Assembly: GCA_035763445.1 (NCBI GenBank) | Contig: DASUBD010000190.1 | Location: 1-56,158 of the forward strand | Direction: 5' to 3' | Origin: Candidatus Angelobacter sp. | GTDB taxonomy: Bacteria > Acidobacteriota > Terriglobia > Terriglobales > Acidobacteriaceae | DNA length: 56,158 bases | The notes under the pieces: model-generated | The model's database searches: none | Seen by the model: only the letters and a program-made list of their open reading frames with translations | Told to the model about the DNA's origin: nothing | Position numbers and translations under genes: made by a program | Shown: positions 1-8,706 of the stretch, piece by piece | Layout: every line of letters begins with the position of its first letter | Position numbering within the stretch: the stretch's first letter is position 1

Positions 1-228
1 CTTTCTGTACTCCTCCGCTTCCTGTTCGGGAGTCAGCTTATGACCGGAAGCTACCAGCTGACGGATTTCAGGGTTCTTGGCGATCAGAGAAGGGTTGGTA
101 GTCTGGCCATCGACGAAACCGAGCAGGTCTTTAATTTGGCGGGTTTCTTCGGGGTCCCCTCCGTCCACGAAAATCTTAGTCTTCAATCTAGCTTTGAGGG
201 AACGCTTCAATGCACTCTCTTTCATCAT
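1..228 (-). CDS. transaldolase-family protein, first 76 codons only (gene runs off the left window edge)
   Basis: Absent from the ORF track because it is open at the window edge. My reverse-strand translation from ATG at 228 gives MMKESALKRSLKARLKTKIFVDGGDPEETRQIKDLLGFVDGQTTNPSLIAKNPEIRQLV. This contains the DG-x-TTNPSL motif of transaldolase/fructose-6-phosphate aldolase. A GGAAGGAAGA SD-like string lies at 231-240 (reverse strand). Confidence 0.65.
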   Translation of the reverse strand, partial: MMKESALKRSLKARLKTKIFVDGGDPEETRQIKDLLGFVDGQTTNPSLIAKNPEIRQLVASGHKLTPEQEAEEYRK

Positions 229-362
229 CGTCTTCCTTCCTTACGCTCAGGGCGACCTCCGCCCGCGATTCGGTGGAGCACAACTGAACGGTTGCGGTTC
301 GCACAAGTCCTTTAAATCCACTGTTCCTTTCGCCGTTGCGGTTTGAGATCTTGCACACCACC

Positions 363-767
363 CTAGATACTATTCTTGAGCAACGGAAGAACCAAGGTCC
401 AATCAACCAATCTCAGTAGTTGATTCGGGTGTGGTTCTGGCAAACTTTGAGAAATTTGTCGTGGATCCAATGTAGGATCATGAGTTCTGTTCATAAGCTC
501 AACCACTCGCTCTCCCTGGATCGGATGGCGGTAATTGGATGTGGCGTAACAAATTCTGCGCTCATAGGTGGCTTTCCTTTTCTGCATCAAGCGCTCACCC
601 TCAACCACATCCTGTCTACACGCAGTCATGGCCGATGGCGGCAGAGTACCGTTTCGGAGTCTAAAATCGACGTGCATAAATCGTCGCGAGTCATCATCTG
701 CGATCAGCATTGCTGTTTCGGTGAAGACGACCTCGGCCTCAGAGCGATCCGAGGACTGGCGTAACAA
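363..767 (-). CDS. hypothetical protein
   Basis: Supported only as an open frame in the ORF track. I recognise no motif. It overlaps the 3' end of the cupin ORF by 29 nt. Confidence 0.3.
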   Translation of the reverse strand: MLRQSSDRSEAEVVFTETAMLIADDDSRRFMHVDFRLRNGTLPPSAMTACRQDVVEGERLMQKRKATYERRICYATSNYRHPIQGERVVELMNRTHDPTLDPRQISQSLPEPHPNQLLRLVDWTLVLPLLKNSI

Positions 768-1233
768 CCTCAGCTCGGTGGTGATGGACGGGGGCTCGCG
801 CCAATATTTCCCCAGTCAACAGCGGGTCCAGGGGTGGCCATGCGATCGTAAGCAGAAACGCACTATCCGTGAGCGCTTCGACGTCGTGAGCCACCTCGCG
901 ATCCAGCATGAGCAAGTCGCCGGCGTTCATGTCCGCCGTCTTACTCTCGAATGCGCCGCTCAAAAGAACTCGGATGCTGCCGCGGCAGGCCTGGATCGAA
1001 ATGCGACCCGCTGTGCGGTGACGAACGAGTTGCGCTCCGGCCTTCATGACAACCAGCACGACGCGAAAATCCGGGTATTTTGCAATCGTCTTTGCAGTAT
1101 GGCCGGCCTGCCAGCGGGGCTCTGCCTGGAGCTGGCGGATCTCTTCATCCAGATTAAACTTCAATGACGTCGCGGCAAGTACTCCGGGCGCTCGCACACG
1201 GCCGTCATGAGCTGCAATTTGTGGAATTATCAT
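739..1233 (-). CDS. cupin-domain protein
   Basis: The 164-aa ORF contains GDLLMLDREVAHDVEALTDSAFLLTIAW, which resembles the conserved beta-strand region of small cupin_2 proteins. The C-terminal extension is unusually long, so the true stop or frame at the 3' end is uncertain. Confidence 0.65.
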   Translation of the reverse strand: MIIPQIAAHDGRVRAPGVLAATSLKFNLDEEIRQLQAEPRWQAGHTAKTIAKYPDFRVVLVVMKAGAQLVRHRTAGRISIQACRGSIRVLLSGAFESKTADMNAGDLLMLDREVAHDVEALTDSAFLLTIAWPPLDPLLTGEILARAPVHHHRAEVVTPVLGSL

Positions 1234-1302
1234 GGCTTCCTCCTGATCGAAATTCTTGCCCTTCTGCTTGAATCATTGCTGCCTCGCCCTGGTCTCCGGG
1301 AC

Positions 1303-1596
1303 TTACCGTACGTCGCCGGCTCTCACTGCCGGTGTGCTTGGAAACCTGCTTACCAAGACGCGCTCGGGAACAAGTCTCACGCCAAGACGCAGGTCAAATT
1401 TCAAAGTGAAGCGGGAACAGCACTCCTGGCAAAGCCAGAAGAAGATTGCTGCATGAGCCGGTCTGTTCGTACAGATCGCATTGGGAACATCATTGCAGGG
1501 TTCCCCGGGCGATTTCACATCGAATCGGTACAGCCGCCCGCCGCGAAGGTAATGCAGTGGCGCTCGACATGCCGGATTTGCGCAATGAGAAATCAT
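1303..1596 (-). CDS. small Cys-rich (zinc-ribbon-like) conserved hypothetical protein
   Basis: The 97-aa ORF begins MISHCANPACRAPLHYLRGGRLYRF and later has WLCQECC, a CxxxxC...CxxC pattern. A strong GAGGGAGGA SD lies on the reverse strand at 1602-1610, just upstream of the ATG at 1596. Confidence 0.6.
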   Translation of the reverse strand: MISHCANPACRAPLHYLRGGRLYRFDVKSPGEPCNDVPNAICTNRPAHAAIFFWLCQECCSRFTLKFDLRLGVRLVPERVLVSRFPSTPAVRAGDVR

Positions 1597-2195
1597 GGAC
1601 GTCCTCCCTCACAATCTATCTGTATGCACAGTAGCGCTGCCGGGGAACTTGGCACAATCCGCCATCTGTACCGCTCCATGACACAAATGTCACACGGCGG
1701 TTCAAGCTCGGACCAATTCGCGCAGCGGGCATTCACCACATCTTTCAGCCGATTGCGGATACGCAGTTGCCGACAGATGTGGTGGAGGTGGTACTGAGAG
1801 TACGGGAGTTATATGCAAGGTCCGGGAGATCGGGTTAACTCTTGCCTTGGGCAAAATCCGTAAAACTTGTTTTTCTGTTTCGAAAGAATGACCACGAGAG
1901 CGGGATAATCGCCCGGAGGCTGCGTTGCCGAACCCGAGTTGCCCGGGGATCGAGCATTCTCTGGTCTCCGCTCCTCACTTAATATATGAGCTTCTAATGT
2001 CATGCTCCAGATGTATCAGCATCCAGGCATCGATATCTAAATGATACAAAAGAAGTAGTGGGCATATTGATGCGACGCCGCTCACCGGCGTTCGGTTCAC
2101 GCTCATCTTACAATTGGGGATCTCCGCATTCCTGCCCGCGTACTCGGCAACTCTTCGGATCGAATGGCGCCATTGATTTTGCGGGTTGAAATACG

Positions 2196-2483
2196 TCAGC
2201 GTGAAGCACCGGGCGCAGTCAACTCACGCTTGATTTGCTTGAGTTCGTCCAGGCATGCAGCGCAACGACCGATATGATGGAGCGTGTACTCGTCTTCGAA
2301 TTTTTCCTTGGCCAATGCCAACGAGACCAGAACCAGTCTTCCAGGACAGCCTTTCCGCTCCGGGTTGGGGTACATACGGTGAACCCAGGCATCAAAGGCC
2401 TCGATCAGTTCGGGCTCGCCCGGTTCCACGTCGATGGGCAGCTCTGATCCGCCAGCTTCCGGTTTGAATTCTTCGCAACTCAT
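2196..2483 (-). CDS. small Cys/His-containing protein, possible anti-sigma-like partner
   Basis: The 95-aa ORF overlaps the upstream sigma-like gene by 4 nt (ATGA at 2480-2483). It has an [13 protein letters not shown] Cys/His cluster. The functional call is inference from position only. Confidence 0.5.
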   Translation of the reverse strand: MSCEEFKPEAGGSELPIDVEPGEPELIEAFDAWVHRMYPNPERKGCPGRLVLVSLALAKEKFEDEYTLHHIGRCAACLDELKQIKRELTAPGASR

Positions 2484-3103
2484 TTCACTCCCGATCCATT
2501 TGCTTTTCCGTTTGGTCTCTTTTTGCTCTTGAGCTTGGCCAACGCTTCGTGCACATCATGCCAAAACGCGCTTCGGATGATGGCCGGAGCAATTCCCATT
2601 TTTTCTCCGATCTCTTTCCAATCGTGACCTAGCGTGCGCATGCCCACAATCGTACAACTTCTTTCAGTCAAATACGGCATCAATCTCTTGACATCGATTC
2701 TTAGATTGATTTCATCCACCCAGCTCGGAACAGCAAGCGTCCCTTCGATATCCCACGACCCGCCGATAGATTTCAGACGGCCTAGCCTTGCCGCTCGACG
2801 TCTCAACTCCTGGCGAAAGTGCAAGCTCAGCAGAGAAGGAATGTTGGCGGCAAATGGCTGCGCTTGGATGCGGTCCAGATGGTGAGAAATCAGCAGGACA
2901 GTGGTCTCCATCAACTCCGCGGCATCGCCATTGTCACCCAGCGTCGCACGCACGCGGTTGCAGGCATCAGGCCAAAGGTCGTGCGCGGCTCGGCGCACAT
3001 CCGTGCGGATTGGCCTGCCCTGATCATCGACATCCCGGTCCCACCACTGCGGACCCCTATCAGGGAGAGTAGCCATGTTGCTGTCCCACTGGCACCCAAG
3101 CAC
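2480..3103 (-). CDS. divergent sigma-70-family (ECF-like) factor
   Basis: The C-terminal [44 protein letters not shown] looks like a sigma region-4 HTH. The start is uncertain: GTG at 3103 or ATG at 3076. Confidence 0.55.
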   Translation of the reverse strand: MLGCQWDSNMATLPDRGPQWWDRDVDDQGRPIRTDVRRAAHDLWPDACNRVRATLGDNGDAAELMETTVLLISHHLDRIQAQPFAANIPSLLSLHFRQELRRRAARLGRLKSIGGSWDIEGTLAVPSWVDEINLRIDVKRLMPYLTERSCTIVGMRTLGHDWKEIGEKMGIAPAIIRSAFWHDVHEALAKLKSKKRPNGKANGSGVK

Positions 3104-3344
3104 AGGTGGCCAGAATGTGTTTCAGCTACTTACTTAGACGAAAGGGGAACGAGTCCGGTTCCAGACCTTGCAAACAATTTTTAACTCAAAACTTCTGGTT
3201 TCCTTTACGAACAGATTTCGTTTTGACTGCTTTATATATACACAGGAGGAGCTCTGGAAAGAAGAGCGCCGGCGGGTTGAGCTACCGAGTGGGCCCAGGA
3301 ATACGGTAGGCCAACGCTTCGCAAGTTCTGGACTATCGGAAACT

Positions 3345-4082
3345 ATGGGTGATGTACATGACGGCAACTCTCGCCGCGGATTTCGCTGGTCGAAAGCGGC
3401 ACGTGACCTGGTGCACGCCAATTTAAACGCGAGCGGAAATGACTTGAGCGATTTGCTTACCAAGCTGATGGAAGAATCCGGCAATCCCAGATGGGCATGC
3501 AGAAGATTTGTGCGACGCTTGGGTGTTAAATCCAGGCGACCATACCGCACGTGGACAAAGCCGGAGCAGGAGCGCCTGCTGAAGTTGATTGACCTTCATC
3601 CGATCAATGAGACGGCGAAATTGTTGCGGCGGTCACAAAGTTCAATCTGGCATATGCTGTACCGCCTCGGCGCTAATGCAAGGATGGGCAAAGACAGCTT
3701 CACAAAATACACATTGGCTGAGGCACTCCATGTCCGACCCGAGATAATCGAGCTCTGGATCAGCCGCGGCTGGCTCCATGCTAAAGAGATGGAAACCGGA
3801 CCCGGTAAGCGGATCATCATAGACGCTGAGGATTTTTGCCAATTCTGCAGAAAACACATAAAGGATGCGGTGGGTAATCGCCTCGCAAGAGATCGCCTTG
3901 ACTTTGTTTACCACATTGCATTTCCATCCAGCCATGCGGAGCTCTTGCCGGTTCGCAAAAGCAAGAAAGAGCGCAGCGCCTATGAGGCGCAACTGAAGGA
4001 GGAAGAAGCCGCATCCGAATCAGGACCAACCGGTGCTGAGCTGGACGATGACGGGGGCGATGCGCTTGACCGGACCGCGTGA
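3345..4082 (+). CDS. DNA-binding protein with two HTH-like segments
   Basis: WTKPEQERLLKLIDLHPINETAKLLRRSQSSIWHMLYRLG is Myb/sigma-r4-like. YTLAEALHVRPEIIELWISRGWL is MerR/excisionase-type HTH-like. I chose ATG at 3345; the track ORF opens at 3168 on a non-ATG codon. Confidence 0.55.
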   Translation: MGDVHDGNSRRGFRWSKAARDLVHANLNASGNDLSDLLTKLMEESGNPRWACRRFVRRLGVKSRRPYRTWTKPEQERLLKLIDLHPINETAKLLRRSQSSIWHMLYRLGANARMGKDSFTKYTLAEALHVRPEIIELWISRGWLHAKEMETGPGKRIIIDAEDFCQFCRKHIKDAVGNRLARDRLDFVYHIAFPSSHAELLPVRKSKKERSAYEAQLKEEEAASESGPTGAELDDDGGDALDRTA

Positions 4083-4339
4083 GCGAGACACTTGCAGCCG
4101 AGGAAGCAAGCGATGGCTCCTACACGAAAGCGCGTTCACAACCACTACCAATGGATCCGGCCAAGATCAGGCGCGCGCAAAAAGCGTTCCAGGCGAGGTC
4201 TGGAATCGAAGCCATCGAGTGGGCTTTGGACTTCGCCATTGCTGAAAACGGGAAAAATCGTTTGACTCTGGCCGCTACTGAACGCTTTGTGAAAAGCGGG
4301 ATTCAGATTCGCGATGTGTACAACACACTTCAAAGCTAA
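4079..4339 (+). CDS. VapB/DUF2191-like antitoxin candidate
   Basis: MDPAKIRRAQKAFQARSGIEAIEWALDFAIAE resembles the ribbon/helix N-terminus of type II antitoxins. The start may be GTG at 4079 (GTGA overlap with the upstream stop) or ATG at 4151. It is followed immediately by a PIN-like remnant. Confidence 0.45.
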   Translation: MSETLAAEEASDGSYTKARSQPLPMDPAKIRRAQKAFQARSGIEAIEWALDFAIAENGKNRLTLAATERFVKSGIQIRDVYNTLQS

Positions 4340-4432
4340 ATGCAGCCGGCGCTGTTCGAGAGTTCAATTTACATTTCTGCTTTAAGAGGAGATCAGGCGG
4401 CGCGCACTTCTGCGGTGGGCGCCGCCAATTGA
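4340..4432 (+). pseudogene. 30-codon remnant resembling the N-terminus of a PIN-domain (VapC) toxin
   Basis: The ATG at 4340 directly abuts the TAA of the antitoxin-like ORF (taaatg). The translation is MQPALFESSIYISALRGDQAARTSAVGAAN-stop. The pattern LFESSIYISALRG resembles the first strand/helix of PIN toxins (usually L-D-T/S-S-V...L-R-G), but the ORF stops after 30 aa. Confidence 0.35.
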
Positions 4433-4487
4433 CCAGTTTTGGCTCTATGCCGTCGTTGGTCGCTTGATCGGGGGAATTGTTGTGAAG

Positions 4488-4727
4488 TCACCCGGTGCGC
4501 GTTTTCTTCTGCGCAGCCCATCTTTTCTTCTGTGCAACACTTATCCGCTTCCGCGCGGCAGCCGATAAGCGGCGACGGCCCATTCCGCTCGGCCCCCCTT
4601 TGCTCAACCGTCTGCCATCACCTTTGAGAGCCGAAATCGCCTGCTCAAGGCGGTCTCGCTCAGCTTCCAACTCAGAAATGATCGACTGCGTGTCCAGTGG
4701 CGGTTTCTCCCTTCCGGAACAGAACAT
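4488..4727 (-). CDS. small basic protein with RRRLSAAARKRISVAQKKRWAAQKK motif
   Basis: The 79-aa ORF has a coiled N-terminal half (ELEAERDRLEQAISAL) and a basic C-terminal motif. The same motif recurs in the 55-aa ORF at 6976-7143. Confidence 0.5.
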   Translation of the reverse strand: MFCSGREKPPLDTQSIISELEAERDRLEQAISALKGDGRRLSKGGPSGMGRRRLSAAARKRISVAQKKRWAAQKKTRTG

Positions 4728-5004
4728 CGCCGATTGTAAGTCATTGGCGAATGCGGGAACAGCACCTCGGCCTAGCCTCAGATTTACTGGTACTTAGCTA
4801 GCGTTCTCCGAATTGCGCCAGGAGCGTACCGCAGACGCCGCTTTGTGCATCTAGGGTGATAGCGAGATCAGATTCTGAAAAACCGGCAGAACTGCTCTTT
4901 CGCTTCAGTGCACAAACGTCCCAAACTACACACAATTATCTCGTTCTTCATCAAGCGCTTTCAAGAAGCGCCAATAATCTTGGCACATTCTGGTTGGAGG
5001 TTTT

Positions 5005-5940
5005 ATGGCAAATGAGGATGTTACAGGTGGAGATGATCCAAGAGAGTCATCTCGACAAAAGGCGGTCGCAGAAGGTCTGCAAAGGATCATCCATCGCGCG
5101 TTCGATAACGGGTCGACAGGCCAGAAGATCAAGAATTTCCTCAACGGCACATGGATGGGCCACCCGCTGCACGTCATATTGACTGATGTGCCTATAGGCG
5201 CATGGACTGCAGCAGAAGTCTTTGATGTCTTAGAAGTGGCCAGTGGCAGTGATGGATGCGGCAAAGCTGCCGATACTTCGATTGCAATCGGTATCTTCGG
5301 GGCGCTCGGCGCTGCTCTCACCGGGGCCACGGATTGGCAGGATGCAGACGCGCCGGCTCGCCGTATCGGCATGATTCACGGCCTTTTGAACCTCGGCGGA
5401 GCGGCCTTATTCACGACCTCGTGGTTCATGCGCAAGCGCGGATCGCGGACCATGGGGCGGCTCCTATCGGCTCTGGCTTATGCGGGGATGACGTACTCGG
5501 CCCGGCTCGGCGGCAATATGGTGTACGACTACCGGGTAGGTGTTGACCGCACCGCCGGGCAGAGCTTCCCCGAGGACTTCGTGGCGGTGTTGAGCGAATC
5601 TGAGCTGTCGGAAGACACACCAACGCGCGTCGAGCACGAAGGCGTGCCCATTCTTCTGGTAAAGCGGCAGAACCGGATTTTTGCCTTAGCGGAAACGTGT
5701 TCTCACTTCAGCGGCCCGCTGTCGGAAGGCAAACTCATCAGCAACAGTATTCAATGTCCATGGCACCGGTCGCGTTTCGCGCTGGAAGACGGGCGCGTGC
5801 TGGATGGACCCGCCGTTCATCCACAACCGTGCCTCGAAACTCGCGTGCACAATGGACAAATCGAAATACGAAACCGGCCTGGCAGACAGGCTCAGCCGTT
5901 GACGGCGCCTGAGGTTGGTGGGTTGCGCCCAGTCGCCTAA
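5005..5940 (+). CDS. membrane (DUF2231-like) plus Rieske [2Fe-2S] domain protein
   Basis: The Rieske ligand motifs CSHFSGPL and CPWHRSRF are present. The N-terminal half is hydrophobic (LHVILTDVPIGAWTAAEVFDVLE...), as in DUF2231-Rieske fusions. Confidence 0.85.
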   Translation: MANEDVTGGDDPRESSRQKAVAEGLQRIIHRAFDNGSTGQKIKNFLNGTWMGHPLHVILTDVPIGAWTAAEVFDVLEVASGSDGCGKAADTSIAIGIFGALGAALTGATDWQDADAPARRIGMIHGLLNLGGAALFTTSWFMRKRGSRTMGRLLSALAYAGMTYSARLGGNMVYDYRVGVDRTAGQSFPEDFVAVLSESELSEDTPTRVEHEGVPILLVKRQNRIFALAETCSHFSGPLSEGKLISNSIQCPWHRSRFALEDGRVLDGPAVHPQPCLETRVHNGQIEIRNRPGRQAQPLTAPEVGGLRPVA

Positions 5941-6296
5941 CCAGAGTCGATGCGGAATGTTCAACCGACATTCCGCCGATCCTCTGTTACTACCCAAAGG
6001 ATGCAGACGAGACCCTGGTCACACCGGAACAGGTCCTGAGATTATCTGCGCGTTCGACCGTTTGTTTGATTCTAGGCACGGGAGTCGCATTCGTGATCGC
6101 GTCGAGCGCAGCGGTAGGAGCATTGCGATTGTTGGTAGAGTGACCGGGTGGAGCGGGCGGCCCAGTATATATTACGGCGTCTAACCGGGAAGAGTGGATG
6201 CGCTCGCCATGGCGCAGTTTGTGCTGCCAAAGAGCCGCAAGCAGGTCCGCGATTAGATTAAAGGTGTTCCGACGCATTGGCCAGGGAGTACAAAAC

Positions 6297-6532
6297 GTGA
6301 TTGTCGTCGTGATGGGAGTGGCGGGGGTTGGAAAAACGACAATCGGCGAGTTGCTTGCCCAAGCGCTGGGATGCGCATTTCTCGAAGGAGACTCACTTCA
6401 TCCGCCAGCAAACATCGAGAAGATGGCACGGGGCATCCCCTTGACAGATGCAGACAGGGCACCGTGGCTGGCCGCAATACGCGAGTACATTGAGAAGACC
6501 TTCAGACAGGGTCAGAACCTGGTGGTCGCATT
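6297..6532 (+). pseudogene. gntK: gluconokinase 5' fragment (about 78 codons), truncated at the repeat junction
   Basis: VIVVVMGVAGVGKTTIGELLAQALGCAFLEGDSLHPPANIEKMARGIPLTDADRAPWLAAIREYI has the P-loop and the DxxHP-x-N-IxKM signature of GntK-type kinases. Homology stops at ...GQNLVVA, after which the frame reads into aldolase-derived DNA. Confidence 0.7.
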
Positions 6533-6951
6533 CGGAGGAGGCGGTCCAATTCGTTTCACACACGAGAGTTGACATCTTGGCTCCGTCAGTCGGAAACATG
6601 CATGGTCTCCTCCCCTCGATGGTGCGAGGCGAGACTCAGAAGCGACTCGATATCGGGCGCATCAGGCAAATTAACCAGCAGACTGGCGCATTCCTGACTC
6701 TGCACGGCGGCTCCAGAACTGCTGACCAGGATTTCGTCGCGGCTATCCAGGCGGGGATCACGATTATTCACGTTAACACGGAACTGCGGCTTGCCTGGCG
6801 TCAAGGCGTCGAAGAGGGGCTTAATGCACACCCGAACGAGATTGCACCCTACAAAATCCTGCCGGCTGCGGTGAATGCTGTTGAGGCGATCGTTGCGCGC
6901 CGGCTGAGACTCTTCAATAACCTGCCACAGGCTCCGGCCGCGGCGGCATGA
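6533..6951 (+). pseudogene. 3' fragment of a class II fructose-bisphosphate aldolase gene (duplicate of 32058-32476)
   Basis: EEAVQFVSHTRVDILAPSVGNMHGLLP...LTLHGGS...IIHVNTELR matches the C-terminal half of class II FBA/tagatose-bisphosphate aldolases. No N-terminal half is present. It is nearly identical at the DNA level to 32058-32476. Confidence 0.8.
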
Positions 6952-7051
6952 ATATCTGGTTGGGGAATCGAATCTATGAGTCCCTTCGCCGTTGACGTGC
7001 AAGGGGAAGACCCAAGCGCTCCATGTTCTGCGGCACAGCTCTCTGAATACA
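6533..7051. repeat. left copy of a ~519-bp direct repeat
   Basis: My hand alignment to 32058-32575 shows about 13 substitutions and one 1-nt indel (roughly 97 percent identity). The mismatches concentrate in the last ~60 nt. Confidence 0.9.
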
Positions 7052-7143
7052 CGAGGCGGCGTCGACTTTCAGCCGCAGCTCGTAAACGCATCAGTGCTGC
7101 CATGAAAGCGCGATGGGCGCGACGTAAGAAGAGCGGGCCGTAA
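6976..7143 (+). CDS. 55-aa basic protein with RRRLSAAARKRISAAMKARWARRKK motif
   Basis: Below the ORF-track size cutoff. My translation is MSPFAVDVQGEDPSAPCSAAQLSEYTRRRRLSAAARKRISAAMKARWARRKKSGP. The motif is shared with the ORF at 4488-4727. Confidence 0.45.
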   Translation: MSPFAVDVQGEDPSAPCSAAQLSEYTRRRRLSAAARKRISAAMKARWARRKKSGP

Positions 7144-7296
7144 AGCGAGCCCACTTCGGCAGACTTCGTTCGACCAATCCAAGGCGTAACCAATCGCGCA
7201 GAATTCTTTATGCAATTGGGAACTTGGCAGGAAGATCTACTCGCGAACTTATCTGGCGTCGCGTATCGCAGCAGAGCGAAACCCGCGCTGTGTCAT

Positions 7297-8214
7297 TTAG
7301 GCTACTTTTAAGATCACCTTCTCGCGCGTTTTGCCATTCTCGCTGAGTTCCTGGGCTTCTCTTGCCTGGCTTAGGCGCATCGTTTCACTAAGTCGAGGTT
7401 TAACCGCGCCGTTTTCGACGAGTCGCGCGAGTTCGGCCAGATCTGCCGCGTTGCGCCTCATGATCACTTGGACAGCGCGAATTCCGGCCCGCTTCGCTGC
7501 CGATTCATCTATCGGCTGAACAGTGGTGGCGAGCACTCCGCCCTTTTTTACGACGGAATACGAGCGCGAGAGCGTCTCCCCGCCCACCAGATCGACAACG
7601 GCGTCGACGCCACTCACCGTGTCTTCGAAACGCTCACGCTTGTAATCAACGATTTGTTCTACCCCCAGCGATTTGAGGTATTCAATGTCGGCTCCCGTGG
7701 CCGTGCCGATCACCCGGGCTCCCACATTTATGGCGATCTGCGAAGCATATGAGCCCACCCCACCCGCAGCGCCATGGATGAGGATCGTGATGCCGGTTTT
7801 GGCGGTTACGACATCCCGGATAACCTGCAGTGCCGTCGATCCGGCGGTCGGCAGCGCTGCTGCTGTGGCAAAGTCCATTGAGTTAGGAATGGCGGCGACG
7901 GTTGATGCCGGTGCAGCTGCGTATTCAGCGTAGGCGCCCTGGGCGAACCCGAATACCCTATCACCAACCGCAAACTGCGTGACGGCGCTGCCGATATCGA
8001 CAACTTTACCCGCAAAGTCCTGACCCATTGTCATCGGAAATGTCGCGGGCATCGCCTGCTTCATGTAGCCTTGCCTGATTTTCCAATCGATTGGGTTCAC
8101 ACCTGCATCATGAATACGGACGAGGAGTTGATGATCTGCGATCGACATGCGCGGAACGTCTTCCAGTTTCAACGTGCTGGCGTCACCATATTGATGGATA
8201 CGAACTGCTTTCAT
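7297..8214 (-). CDS. qor: NADPH:quinone oxidoreductase / zinc-type alcohol dehydrogenase superfamily (MDR)
   Basis: MKAVRIHQYGDASTLKLEDVP...GVNPIDWKIRQG and the Rossmann motif IHGAAGGVGSYASQIA are present. I chose ATG at 8214 because GGAGG lies 4 nt upstream of it; the track start is 8226. Confidence 0.88.
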   Translation of the reverse strand: MKAVRIHQYGDASTLKLEDVPRMSIADHQLLVRIHDAGVNPIDWKIRQGYMKQAMPATFPMTMGQDFAGKVVDIGSAVTQFAVGDRVFGFAQGAYAEYAAAPASTVAAIPNSMDFATAAALPTAGSTALQVIRDVVTAKTGITILIHGAAGGVGSYASQIAINVGARVIGTATGADIEYLKSLGVEQIVDYKRERFEDTVSGVDAVVDLVGGETLSRSYSVVKKGGVLATTVQPIDESAAKRAGIRAVQVIMRRNAADLAELARLVENGAVKPRLSETMRLSQAREAQELSENGKTREKVILKVA

Positions 8215-8247
8215 TGTGACCTCCATGTTTTCGATTTCCGGGGCACG

Positions 8248-8610
8248 TTACTTCGCTTCGACGGTATAGCGGATAGTCTGGGCGACGATCCAGCCATTTT
8301 CGAAGAAGAACGAGTCGGCGCCATCGCGCACAAACGTGCGCTCAGCTTCGGACGTCCACTCCAGGAACGCCACATTTCCCTCTATTAACTGATTCGTGTA
8401 CAGATAAGGTGCGTTCGGCAGCTCCTGTTCGAGCAGCCGCGCCAGCTCATTTGCGCCCTCACGGCCGCGAAAAATGCCTCGACGCTCGAGAATCACGATA
8501 TCGGGCGAGACGTTGCGCTCGATGTCTTCTTCGAATCGATGCTCGGCGGCGAGGCGCAAATGATCCTTGAAGACTTCGGCGGCGGAACGGCGTCGCAGAT
8601 CATCTGTCAT
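8248..8610 (-). CDS. SnoaL/NTF2-like fold protein
   Basis: The length and pattern (FRGREGANELARLL...GNVAFLEWTS...GADSFFFENGWIVAQTIRYTV) are typical of SnoaL-like proteins. ATG at 8610 is preceded by AAGGAG. Confidence 0.7.
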   Translation of the reverse strand: MTDDLRRRSAAEVFKDHLRLAAEHRFEEDIERNVSPDIVILERRGIFRGREGANELARLLEQELPNAPYLYTNQLIEGNVAFLEWTSEAERTFVRDGADSFFFENGWIVAQTIRYTVEAK

Positions 8611-8706
8611 GGTCAACTCCTTTCCCGGCGATAGCGAACACAAGCCGGGTTCATCCTGGCTTCGCATCGGCAGGCGCTCCCGCGTGATTGTTCAAGCTAG
8701 CACTAG

